From: a virus
Lineage: Duplodnaviria; Caudoviricetes
Direction: 5' to 3' (one strand)
Length of the DNA: 37,063 bases
Virus record (IMG/VR): IMGVR_UViG_3300049140_000079
Span: 1-37,063 of that record
Made by a program: the position numbers and the translations under genes. Below the pieces are notes generated by a model. It ran no database searches. It had not been told where the DNA came from and was given only the letters and a program-made list of their open reading frames with translations. Positions 1 to 7,806 of the stretch are shown piece by piece (position 1 is the stretch's first letter; every line of letters starts with the position of its first letter).

Positions 1-70
1 CCGAGGCGCAGGCCGAGAGGGCGCACGGCGACCACGCGCGGGCCCTGAACGGCGCCTGACCCCACCGACC

Positions 71-238
71 CCCCGGCTGCCCGTCCCTCCATGGCCCACG
101 GCAGCCGGGGCTCCACTCCCCGTCCAGGAGCCGAGGTCCCATCCCACCGCGCAGCCGCTCGGCTCCTGGACGGGGGCACCCAGACTCCCCCGCCCGCGGA
201 CGTGTCCGGAATCCACCCACATCGCTCCGGGGCGGGGG
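71..238 (+). repeat. Three tandem GC-rich stem-loops upstream of the first small gene
   Basis: ccccggctgcc(71)/ggcagccgggg(110); ccccgtccaggagccgag(118)/ctcggctcctggacgggg(175); ccccgccc..cgga/tccg..gggcgggg (~187-238). Confidence 0.7.
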
Positions 239-271
239 CTCACCACCCACAGAAACCCGAAGGAGATCGAC

Positions 272-403
272 ATGAGCGAGACCGAACAGCCGCAGCCGTG
301 CCCTGGCCACGTCGTCCCGTGCGGCTCGTGTAAGGGCAGCGGCAAGCAGATGGGCCTCAAGTGCGACGTGTGCAAGGGCGTCGGCTCCGTCCTCCTCAAG
401 TAG
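272..403 (+). CDS. 43-aa DnaJ-type zinc-finger peptide (2x CxxCxGxG)
   Basis: Read by hand (below ORF-track cutoff): MSETEQPQPCPGHVVPCGSCKGSGKQMGLKCDVCKGVGSVLLK; RBS AAGGAG. Confidence 0.75.
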   Translation: MSETEQPQPCPGHVVPCGSCKGSGKQMGLKCDVCKGVGSVLLK

Positions 404-443
404 CACCACCCAATCCGATCAACCACGAGAGGAACGTCAACCG

Positions 444-614
444 ATGGCCACCTTCAAGGACAAGGGCGACACGTTCAACGACGACACCCGCACCATCACC
501 TGCGGCTCCTGCCGCAGGGATACGCCGTACGGGCAGGCGTTCGCCACCACCGTCTGCGGGTGCGGGCGAGTGCTCAGCGGCGCCGGCCGCAGCGCCGAGC
601 CCAACCTGAGCTGA
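444..614 (+). CDS. 56-aa putative zinc-ribbon protein
   Basis: Read by hand: MATFKDKG...CGSC...CGC...; RBS GAGAGGA; GC-rich third positions. Confidence 0.65.
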   Translation: MATFKDKGDTFNDDTRTITCGSCRRDTPYGQAFATTVCGCGRVLSGAGRSAEPNLS

Positions 615-702
615 CCTTCCAGCCCGTTCCGGTATCCACGCCGGCGCATCAGGGAGCAAGCCCTGAACGGGCGCGACAGACACCCTCCCGAAGGAGATCG
701 AC

Positions 703-1197
703 ATGACCGACACCACCAACCCGATGGCGAGATACGCCGACTTCCGCCCCATGCGCAGCGTGGAGAAGCTGCGCGGCACCCTCGACAAGCTCGCGCACCT
801 GCCCAGCGACACCGCCGTCCTCCTCGTCCTCGACGACGGCAACGAGCCCACCTCGTACACACCGGCGACCGAACTGCAGGTCACCCACTGGAACGGGTAC
901 GAGCGCTGCTCCGGCGCAGACGATGACGCCGAGCTGGCGCCGTTCTTCATCTACCCGGCCGAGCGCCCGGAGGGCGTGGCCAGCGGCGGCACCTTCCACC
1001 CGGTGGCCACCCTCGCCGCCCTACGGGACACCGTCGCCGCCCTACGGGACAACCCGACCTTCCACCGGACCGAGGACGCCTCCAACGACGAGGACTCCTT
1101 CACCATCGCCAGCGAACTCCAGGTCGCCTGGTGGGACGGCTCCGTCCAGGTCGACGAGCCTGGCGAGGGCGTCAAGCAGGCCCTATTCATCATCTGA
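703..1197 (+). CDS. Hypothetical protein with two tandem ~75-aa repeats
   Basis: RBS AAGGAG; FRPMRSVEKLR..ATELQVTHWNG vs FHPVATLAALR..ASELQVAWWDG. Confidence 0.8.
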   Translation: MTDTTNPMARYADFRPMRSVEKLRGTLDKLAHLPSDTAVLLVLDDGNEPTSYTPATELQVTHWNGYERCSGADDDAELAPFFIYPAERPEGVASGGTFHPVATLAALRDTVAALRDNPTFHRTEDASNDEDSFTIASELQVAWWDGSVQVDEPGEGVKQALFII

Positions 1198-1226
1198 TCC
1201 CCCATGCATCGAAACGGACCCCCGTC

Positions 1227-1487
1227 ATGAAGCCGCTCCCCACCGTCTCCCCCGAGGAGGCGGTCCCCAGCCCAACAGTCCCGGACGACATCCGCAAGCA
1301 ACTCCTGGAGCTTGCCAAGGACGGCGTCACGACTGTGGACGCCGCCCGGCAGCTCGGCCTGTTGGCTCGCGCGGTGATGCGGTACTTCGACTTGCTGCGC
1401 GTCGCTGGCCTCGTGCACCTCCGGCCGACTCCGGACGGGCGGGAAGCGGAGTGGAAGACCGGCCGACCGCCCCGGAGGAGCACCTGA
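1227..1487 (+). CDS. Winged-HTH DNA-binding protein
   Basis: IRKQLLELAKDGVTTVDAARQLGL..AVMRYFDLLRVAGLV pattern (ArsR/HTH_20-like); TGATG coupling to next gene. Confidence 0.7.
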   Translation: MKPLPTVSPEEAVPSPTVPDDIRKQLLELAKDGVTTVDAARQLGLLARAVMRYFDLLRVAGLVHLRPTPDGREAEWKTGRPPRRST

Positions 1488-2959
1488 TGGACACGCCCAC
1501 CACCGAGCAGACCCCGCCGGCGGTTGATGAGCCCCGCACGCCTCTGCTGGTGTTCCGCTCCAAGTCGGAGCGCCTCGCCGCGAAAGCGCGGGCACGAGCA
1601 GAGGCTGCCCAGTACGCGATCGAGGAACAGCGCGCCCGCGACCAGATCGCTCTCGAACGGCTCGAAGCCGAACGCGAGATGGCCAAGGTCCGCGACGAAC
1701 TCGCCGCCCAGGCCAAGAGGCAGCAGGACGAGGCCGCGGAGGAGCGTCGCACGTTCCGGCAGCGGATCAGCCGCGGCGTTGTGCTCGCCACTGCAAACGT
1801 GGGTGTGAACGCGGTTGCCGTGCTCGGCCAGGTGCTCGCGCTCGTTCTCGGGCTCGGCTGGGAGTGGTGGGCGGCCGTCCCCCTCGCTCTCGTCGTCGAG
1901 TCCGTCGCGGTCAACGTGGGCTACATCGCCCACGACAAGCTGATCAACGGCTACAGCGCCGGCTGGCTCCGCATGCTCTCCTACGGGATCGGCGCCGCGG
2001 TCGGCTGGTTCAACTACGAGCACAACCGCGGCAAGGACCCGAACGGCGTCGTCCTGGCGACCGAGGACTACGCGGTGGTGTTCGGCGCCGCCTCCGTCCT
2101 GTCCCCTGTGCTGTGGCAGATCTACTCCCAGTGGAAGCACTGGCAGCAGCTCCGCGACGCCGACCTGCTGGACGCCCGCGCCCCGAAGTTCGCCCGCTCC
2201 CGCTGGATGCTCTGGCTGTTCGAGACGTTCTTCATCTACCGGCGCGCCGTCCGCCACGGCGTCTCCGACCGGGCCGAAGCGGTGCGCCGCTTCCAGCCCG
2301 CCTACGAGGCGAAGAAGCGGAAGGGCCGCAAAGCCTCCAAGCCTCTGCCGCCGGCCGCCGACGAAGTCGAACGGGCCCTCCGCCAGTGGTCGCAGGAGTA
2401 CCGGCAGCGCGGCCCCGAGGTGGACGTGGTTCGCGTCCACTCCGGCGACCAGGACGCGTCCAACTCCGCGACCATCCCGGCGACCACCAACGGCGAACTG
2501 CCGCCCACCCCGAACGGGCGCTCCTGGCTCTCCAACCTGACCCCATGGTCGCGTCCAACCACGCGACCAGAAGCCGCCCCCGCCAACGGCACCTCCGACA
2601 CCCTCACAGTGGACGCCGATCTGGACGCCGGAATGGACGCCAACGCCGAGTTGGACGCGACCAGGACGCGTCCAAACGACGACCAGGACGACGACCGGCC
2701 CGAGCCCACTGACAAGGACAAACGACGCGTCCGCGCCTACTGGGTCCGCCGGGTCGAAGCCGACGAAGTGCTGTCCAAGTGGGGCCTCGCCGACCGCACC
2801 GGATTCAAGCCGACCTGGTGCGGCGACCGCATCGCCGAAGGCAAGGAAATCCTCGCCCAGAAGGGCTGGACCTTCGACGACCGCGGGCGCCCCGTACGAC
2901 CCGCCGAAGAGGACGCCGAGATGGACGCGTCCACCACCCCGACTGGAGACCAGTCATGA
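1487..2959 (+). CDS. SpdB2/DUF2637-like membrane protein (coiled coil, ~4 TM helices, low-complexity linker, C-terminal HTH)
   Basis: Start at ATG 1487 with GGAGGAG RBS; domain architecture matches Streptomyces plasmid spread proteins; two genes upstream of TraB. Confidence 0.65.
   Translation: MDTPTTEQTPPAVDEPRTPLLVFRSKSERLAAKARARAEAAQYAIEEQRARDQIALERLEAEREMAKVRDELAAQAKRQQDEAAEERRTFRQRISRGVVLATANVGVNAVAVLGQVLALVLGLGWEWWAAVPLALVVESVAVNVGYIAHDKLINGYSAGWLRMLSYGIGAAVGWFNYEHNRGKDPNGVVLATEDYAVVFGAASVLSPVLWQIYSQWKHWQQLRDADLLDARAPKFARSRWMLWLFETFFIYRRAVRHGVSDRAEAVRRFQPAYEAKKRKGRKASKPLPPAADEVERALRQWSQEYRQRGPEVDVVRVHSGDQDASNSATIPATTNGELPPTPNGRSWLSNLTPWSRPTTRPEAAPANGTSDTLTVDADLDAGMDANAELDATRTRPNDDQDDDRPEPTDKDKRRVRAYWVRRVEADEVLSKWGLADRTGFKPTWCGDRIAEGKEILAQKGWTFDDRGRPVRPAEEDAEMDASTTPTGDQS
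2452..2933. repeat. Intragenic palindromic repeats, consensus TGGACGCGTCCA
   Basis: Copies at 2452, 2546, 2652, 2664, 2723, 2922 plus GGACGCC half-sites. Confidence 0.75.
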
Positions 2960-3273
2960 GCCCTCTACTGATGTGCCTACTCGTTGCTCTCGCGCTGATC
3001 CTGGCGACCAACCGCCGCCAGGTCGGCAACGCCAAGACGCTGAGTGAGTTGTGGGAGCCGGCCCGCGCCAACGGATGGGGCCGCGGCACCGCGCTGACCG
3101 TCGCGGGACTGTTCGTGTTCGCCCTGTTGTTCGTCGGCAGCGTCGGCCTGGTCGCCCTCACCGTCGCCGCCAAGACTGCCCAGGGTGTCTCGTTCATCGC
3201 CTCCGTGGTGCAGGAGCACCTGACGGACCTACTCAACCCGCCCCTGCCGATCGTTCGAGCGGAGGCAGCGTGA
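2956..3273 (+). CDS. Small membrane protein (Spd-like accessory)
   Basis: ATGA and GTGA overlaps with both neighbours; 2-3 hydrophobic segments. Confidence 0.75.
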   Translation: MSPLLMCLLVALALILATNRRQVGNAKTLSELWEPARANGWGRGTALTVAGLFVFALLFVGSVGLVALTVAAKTAQGVSFIASVVQEHLTDLLNPPLPIVRAEAA

Positions 3274-5462
3274 GCGAAAAGGCGCGGTCCGAGCACCTGC
3301 GACTGGTTCGGCACGGCCAGGACGCCCCCGACCTGCCCCTGTCTGAGGGCGACGAGCACAAGGAGTTGGCCGTTCAGGACGCCGGCGAGGTGGAAGAGGT
3401 CGTCTACGAAGGCGAGATCGTCTCCGACAAGACCGAACGGGCCTCGTTCCTGCCGTCCGTGGTCGTCGACAAGGTCACGGTGCTGCGGCCCAGTCCCACG
3501 ACCAAGAAGGTTGCACGCACTGCGGCCCAGCATGGCGCGCTGGTCCTGGCCGGGTGGCACTCCTGGATCGTCCGCCTGTGGCAGGGGCTGACGATCGGGC
3601 GGATCCGTAAGCAGGTCCGTATCGCGGACGCGACTGGCAACCTGGAGGCACTTGCCGTGTGGCTCGACAAGCTTGATGAGGCGAAGAGGCGCCGCGGTGA
3701 GCGGCTGATGCAGATGCCGCTGCTCCTGCTGAGGATGGCCATGGTGGCGGGCGGGGTCCTGCTCGGCCTGCTGGTGCTGCTGGTGCTCATCGCGACGGTC
3801 GTGTGGATGACTGGCGCTGGCGAGTGGACAGCGGTGTGGCTGTGGCTGGGCGGGGTGTTCCGCTGGGTGTTCGGCGCGGTCGCGTTCGCCGGGACGGTGT
3901 TCATGTTCACCTGGCCGCTGCTGCTCGTCTGGGCCGGACATCGGGCAGGTCGCGAAGCCGGGACCGCCCCGGCGTGGGCTGCCGAGTCCGGCTCCGCCGA
4001 CGAAACCAGCGGGCGGGATCGGATCCCCGACGAGTCGGCGATCATCAACGCGCTTAAGCACCTGGGGATAGCCCCGCTGAACAAGGCGTTCAAGGCGGGC
4101 TGGAGACCACGGATCGTGCTGCCGACCCAGCGTGATGGCGAGGGGTATCGGACCCAGTTGGAGCCGCCGCCCGGCGTCACCGTCGAGATGATCAACCAGA
4201 AGAAGGCCATCCTCGCGCACAATCTTGTCCGCCTGCCCGTCGAGGTGTGGCCGACCGAGCCGAAGAAGCAGCCTGGCGTGCTCGACTTGTGGGTGGCCGA
4301 CCAGGGGTCGCTGACCGGCCCTCTGCCTGACTGGCCGCTGCTGAAGGACGGGACCGCCGACTATTTCGAGGGCGTTCCCGTGTCGCGGAACATCCGCGGT
4401 AAGACCGTCGTCGGCCTGCTGTTCCAGAAGAACTATGCGCTGGCGGGCATGATGGGCTCCGGCAAGTCCACGATGATCCTCACGCTGCTGCTGGGGGCGA
4501 TCCTGGACTGGCTGGTCGAGGTGGACGTGTTCGTGTTCGCCACGAACGCCGACTACGACCCGCTCAAGCCGCGACTGCGGACCTTGCTCACCGGCCCGGG
4601 CGATGAGGTCGTCGAGGCGTGCCTGTTCTTGTTGCGCGACGCCTACGCCGAGCTCAGCGTCCGCGGTAACGCGTTGAAGGAGCACGGCGCTCCCGCGGTG
4701 ACCAGGGAACTTGCCGAGAAGGACGCCAGGTTGCGGCCCCGCATCATCGTCATCGACGAATGCCAGGCACTGTTCCTGCACGAGGAGTACGGGGAGGAAG
4801 CCGAGGAACTGTGCGTGAAGCTGATGGGCGCTGCCCGCAAGTACGCCGTCACCCTGATCTTCGCCACCCCGGAACCGTCGTCAGCGTCGCTGCCCCGCAA
4901 GCTGATGGCGGTCATCTCCAACAAGGCGTGCTTCGCCATCGGCGACCAGACGTCGAACGACGCCGTGCTCGGGACCGGCTCGTACAAGCAGGGCATCTCC
5001 GCCGTTGGGCTGGAGCCGAAGACGGAGGAAGGGCCGGGCGACATCGGCACCTGCATGGCGACCGGCTTCCAGGCCAAGGCCGGCCTGCTGCGCACTTACT
5101 ACGTGCCTTACGTCGAGATGGGCTCCGTCGTGGCGCGAGCGATGGCGATACGCGAGAAGGCGATCCTTGGCGGCGCCTCTTTCGATGACGAGAACCGGGA
5201 TCTGCTGGCGGACCTGCTTGACGTGATCGGCGCCGACCCTGTGCCGGCCGCGCAGGCGCTGGCCGCCTTGAAGTCCACGTACTCGCGGCATCGCCCCTAC
5301 GCGTTGCTTCGCGACCGTCTGGAGTTGGTGCGCGAGCTGGATGCGCTCGGTGTCAAGGTGCCCTCGTCGAAGAACCGCCACTTCATCGATCCGATCACCA
5401 TCCGTGGCCGCATGGCCGAGATGGCCGCAGCCAGAGCCGCCGACGAAGACGACGCAGGTTAA
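3270..5462 (+). CDS. TraB-like FtsK/SpoIIIE conjugative DNA translocase
   Basis: GTG start with GGAGG RBS; N-terminal TM helices; Walker A GMMGSGKS; Walker B IIVIDE; ARKY motif; C-terminal wHTH-like region. Confidence 0.88.
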   Translation: MSEKARSEHLRLVRHGQDAPDLPLSEGDEHKELAVQDAGEVEEVVYEGEIVSDKTERASFLPSVVVDKVTVLRPSPTTKKVARTAAQHGALVLAGWHSWIVRLWQGLTIGRIRKQVRIADATGNLEALAVWLDKLDEAKRRRGERLMQMPLLLLRMAMVAGGVLLGLLVLLVLIATVVWMTGAGEWTAVWLWLGGVFRWVFGAVAFAGTVFMFTWPLLLVWAGHRAGREAGTAPAWAAESGSADETSGRDRIPDESAIINALKHLGIAPLNKAFKAGWRPRIVLPTQRDGEGYRTQLEPPPGVTVEMINQKKAILAHNLVRLPVEVWPTEPKKQPGVLDLWVADQGSLTGPLPDWPLLKDGTADYFEGVPVSRNIRGKTVVGLLFQKNYALAGMMGSGKSTMILTLLLGAILDWLVEVDVFVFATNADYDPLKPRLRTLLTGPGDEVVEACLFLLRDAYAELSVRGNALKEHGAPAVTRELAEKDARLRPRIIVIDECQALFLHEEYGEEAEELCVKLMGAARKYAVTLIFATPEPSSASLPRKLMAVISNKACFAIGDQTSNDAVLGTGSYKQGISAVGLEPKTEEGPGDIGTCMATGFQAKAGLLRTYYVPYVEMGSVVARAMAIREKAILGGASFDDENRDLLADLLDVIGADPVPAAQALAALKSTYSRHRPYALLRDRLELVRELDALGVKVPSSKNRHFIDPITIRGRMAEMAAARAADEDDAG

Positions 5463-5621
5463 GCGGAGGCTGCTCGACCAGCGCCTTCCAAGCCCTTCAG
5501 GCAGCCCTTCGCTTAACCCGCTTAACCCCGTACCGCGTTTAACTTCTCCCTGGTCAACGGCCTGATCGCCGGATTTAACCCAGGGACTAAAAATTTAACC
5601 CTCCTCAGCGCCCCTTAACCC
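5457..5621 (+). repeat. TTAACCC repeat cluster, putative clt (TraB recognition) locus
   Basis: TTAACCC at 5513, 5522, 5575, 5595, 5615, a variant at ~5539 and an inverted GCTTAACC at 5457, directly after the translocase gene. Confidence 0.7.
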
Positions 5622-5670
5622 TTGCAGCGCACGAGACGCCCTCTCGACTACTCCTCTCAGACGGTCACTC

Positions 5671-5728
5671 GCGGTGGTTGCGGAGACCTTTCCCGATCTT
5701 CTCGGGAGGGGTGTCCGGAGCATCCCGC
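5671..5728 (+). other. Conserved intergenic hairpin copy 1 (GTTGCGG...CCGGAGC)
   Basis: Core at 5677-5683/5715-5721 with paired inner and outer stems. Confidence 0.65.
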
Positions 5729-5753
5729 TCCACTCAACCGATGGGAGGTCTTG

Positions 5754-5939
5754 ATGGACCTCGCAAGACTGTTCGGCCTCGGCGCCCTCATCACCTCTGG
5801 GATGGGATTGGCGTTGTGGCTGGCTTTCGCTGACCCGCCGCTGGCGTGGCCGACGCTAGCGGCGGTCGTCCTCGTGATCGTCGTCGTGATCGTTCGGATG
5901 GCCCGTAACGACAACAGGCCGACCCGGCCGCCCAAGTAG
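5754..5939 (+). CDS. 61-aa two-TM membrane protein
   Basis: GGGAGG RBS; two hydrophobic helices, basic C-tail. Confidence 0.7.
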   Translation: MDLARLFGLGALITSGMGLALWLAFADPPLAWPTLAAVVLVIVVVIVRMARNDNRPTRPPK

Positions 5940-6011
5940 CCGTCGCCGATCCATCTCGCGCTGGCGAGCACACCGCAATACCCGTCACTACCGATCAAGA
6001 AAGAAGGAATC

Positions 6012-6251
6012 ATGTTCGACAGGATGCCGCCCGAGAAACTGGCCAAGGCCAAGGGGCAGGCTCAGCAGGCCGGCGAAGCCAGCAAGCTCGCCAGGGCCGC
6101 CAACGGCCACGGCGTGACCGGTGCCGAGAGACGCAAGGCGGAAGAGACGCTGGTCCGCACCTTCGGCAAGCGGAAGGCGGCCCAACTCAAGGAGAACGAA
6201 CTTCTCCGCGCAGGCGCCCGCCCCAAGGGCCTACGGAAGTGGTTCGGCTGA
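6012..6251 (+). CDS. Hypothetical basic protein (79 aa)
   Basis: AAGGA RBS; TGATG coupling to next gene. Confidence 0.7.
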   Translation: MFDRMPPEKLAKAKGQAQQAGEASKLARAANGHGVTGAERRKAEETLVRTFGKRKAAQLKENELLRAGARPKGLRKWFG

Positions 6252-6418
6252 TGCCTCACCGAACCGACGTCGCCGCTGCCGCCGCGCAAGCGGACGAAGC
6301 CGCCGCTTCCTTCGCGGGACAAGGCATGGAGAAGGAGTGGGCCATCAGCCGCTGCATGGCTTCCCACTACCAGGAGGCGCTCCCGCGCACCTCACAGATT
6401 CGGGAGGGCCGGTCATGA
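6251..6418 (+). CDS. Hypothetical protein (55 aa)
   Basis: Read by hand: MPHRTDVAAAAAQADE...; TGATG and ATGA overlaps on both sides. Confidence 0.6.
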   Translation: MPHRTDVAAAAAQADEAAASFAGQGMEKEWAISRCMASHYQEALPRTSQIREGRS

Positions 6419-6582
6419 CTGTCACCGTTCCGCCTTCCACCTACCCCGTGCAGTGGGTGAACGGGGTGGCTCACGTCCCGGTCGTGTGCGCCGGCTGCGG
6501 CGAGACCGTCCGCGTCGAGGGCGTCATCACCCTGGCCGAGGCTCTCGCCCGCCTTCGCCGCGACCGCCAGCACCAGCACTGA
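6415..6582 (+). CDS. Hypothetical protein (55 aa, CxxC...HxH)
   Basis: GGGAGG RBS; ATGA overlap. Confidence 0.6.
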   Translation: MTVTVPPSTYPVQWVNGVAHVPVVCAGCGETVRVEGVITLAEALARLRRDRQHQH

Positions 6583-6652
6583 GCGGCTGTTGCGGGTGCG
6601 CTCTCCTGACCTCCTCCCCGCGGGTCAGGAGAGCGGCCCGGAGCGTCCGCTC
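6581..6652 (+). other. Conserved intergenic hairpin copy 2
   Basis: gagcgg/ccgctc outer stem, GTTGCGG 6589/CCGGAGC 6638, inner stem cgctctcctgacc/ggtcaggagagcg. Confidence 0.7.
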
Positions 6653-6677
6653 CCCCACCTTCCCGAAAGGACCGGCA

Positions 6678-6848
6678 ATGCCTCGCTTCAACCTCAAGAA
6701 GGTCATCACCTACCTGGGCCTCGCGTTCATCATCTTCTACCTGTTCACCCGGCCTGCCCAGGCCGCGGACGCCGTCAACGGGGTGTTCGACGGCATCATG
6801 ACCGGCGCCAACTCGCTGGCCGTATTCGTCTCCTCCCTGGCTGTTTAA
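6678..6848 (+). CDS. 56-aa small membrane protein
   Basis: GAAAGGA RBS; MPRFNLKKVITYLGLAFIIFYLFTRP... Confidence 0.75.
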   Translation: MPRFNLKKVITYLGLAFIIFYLFTRPAQAADAVNGVFDGIMTGANSLAVFVSSLAV

Positions 6849-6850
6849 GC

Positions 6851-6913
6851 GGGTGGCTGTTGCGGGTGCTCGCCACCGCGGGGGCTGTGGCGGGCGTCCG
6901 GAGCAGTCAGCTC
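6851..6913 (+). other. Conserved intergenic hairpin copy 3
   Basis: GTTGCGG 6859/CCGGAGC 6898, inner stem tgctcgccac/gtggcgggcg. Confidence 0.7.
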
Positions 6914-6948
6914 CACACCACCAGCTACCTGATCTGGAGAACACACAC

Positions 6949-7098
6949 ATGAGCAACAATCAGCAGGCCACCAACAAGCGGAAGCCCGCCGAGAAGCCCT
7001 CCACCAGCGAGGTGAGGCGCGTCGGCGACTCCTACACCAACATGACCGAGCCGGAGGAGCGGGCCCTCCTCGATGGCTGGTTCACCCGAGGCCGCTGA
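6949..7098 (+). CDS. Hypothetical protein (49 aa)
   Basis: GGAGA RBS; codon usage fits the arm. Confidence 0.55.
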   Translation: MSNNQQATNKRKPAEKPSTSEVRRVGDSYTNMTEPEERALLDGWFTRGR

Positions 7099-7125
7099 CG
7101 CCCTGCGCAGGAGAGGAGCAGGCAC

Positions 7126-7335
7126 GTGAGCGTCCCCGCCAACGCACGCGAGATCAAGCAACGGTTCATCGACCAGTACGCGGGCGAGAACCTCCGCCCT
7201 GAGGAGGTGCGCCTCCTGGACGACGGTGACGTCATCATCGACCGGCGGCAGCAGTACCCGAACGCGGAGCCGTTGGTCGTCGGCAGGTGGAAGCCCGGCA
7301 CCGGCCGGCCTCCGTTCTCGCAGTACCGCGACTGA
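7126..7335 (+). CDS. Hypothetical protein (69 aa)
   Basis: GGAGAGGAG RBS; GTG start. Confidence 0.65.
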   Translation: MSVPANAREIKQRFIDQYAGENLRPEEVRLLDDGDVIIDRRQQYPNAEPLVVGRWKPGTGRPPFSQYRD

Positions 7336-7452
7336 CACGAGCACGTCCCAGCACCCCTTGAGGGTGTCCACATATCGGCCCCGGCCGCCCGAACCTCGCG
7401 GCCGGGGCCCCTCTACCCACCACCACTCCACCCCTACGAGGAGGCGCCTCCC

Positions 7453-7806
7453 ATGTCGGAGGACTTCACGATCACTATGTCTGCCGCTGAGTTGAAGATG
7501 CGGCACAACGGCGGCACCCGCTACCGGCTGGTTGCCATGCCGTACATGGAGCCGTCCCATCCGCCGAAGGTGGGCGGACGGTGGCCGCTCATCACGCACG
7601 TGACCCGCGATCGAGACCTGTTCCGGATGATCTACCTCGCGTGCAAGCTGCGTCGCCCTCCGCAGGGGCAGATCTACTTCTCCACCGAGGCGCTGCCCGA
7701 CGAAGCGTACGAGGCGTACCCCGGAGACAACGTCGTGGTCATCCCCGTCAACGAGGAGCGGGCCACCCGGTCCGCCAGGGACGCCCGCGAGGCGGTGTCG
7801 CGGTGA
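7453..7806 (+). CDS. Hypothetical protein (117 aa)
   Basis: GAGGAGG RBS; GTGA overlap with next gene. Confidence 0.7.
   Translation: MSEDFTITMSAAELKMRHNGGTRYRLVAMPYMEPSHPPKVGGRWPLITHVTRDRDLFRMIYLACKLRRPPQGQIYFSTEALPDEAYEAYPGDNVVVIPVNEERATRSARDAREAVSR

Noticed and set aside
923-1486. N-terminal extensions given by the ORF track (e.g. starts at 923, 3051, 9632, 15694)
   Set aside because: They overlap other genes; downstream starts have RBSs and stop/start coupling
2805-4781. 658-aa minus-strand ORF
   Set aside because: Antisense shadow of traB caused by high-GC codon bias; no motifs or RBS
5511-5621. TTAACCC as a telomere-like repeat or CRISPR array
   Set aside because: Only 7-9 bp long, mostly non-tandem, no 25-40-bp repeats with spacers; position after traB explains it better
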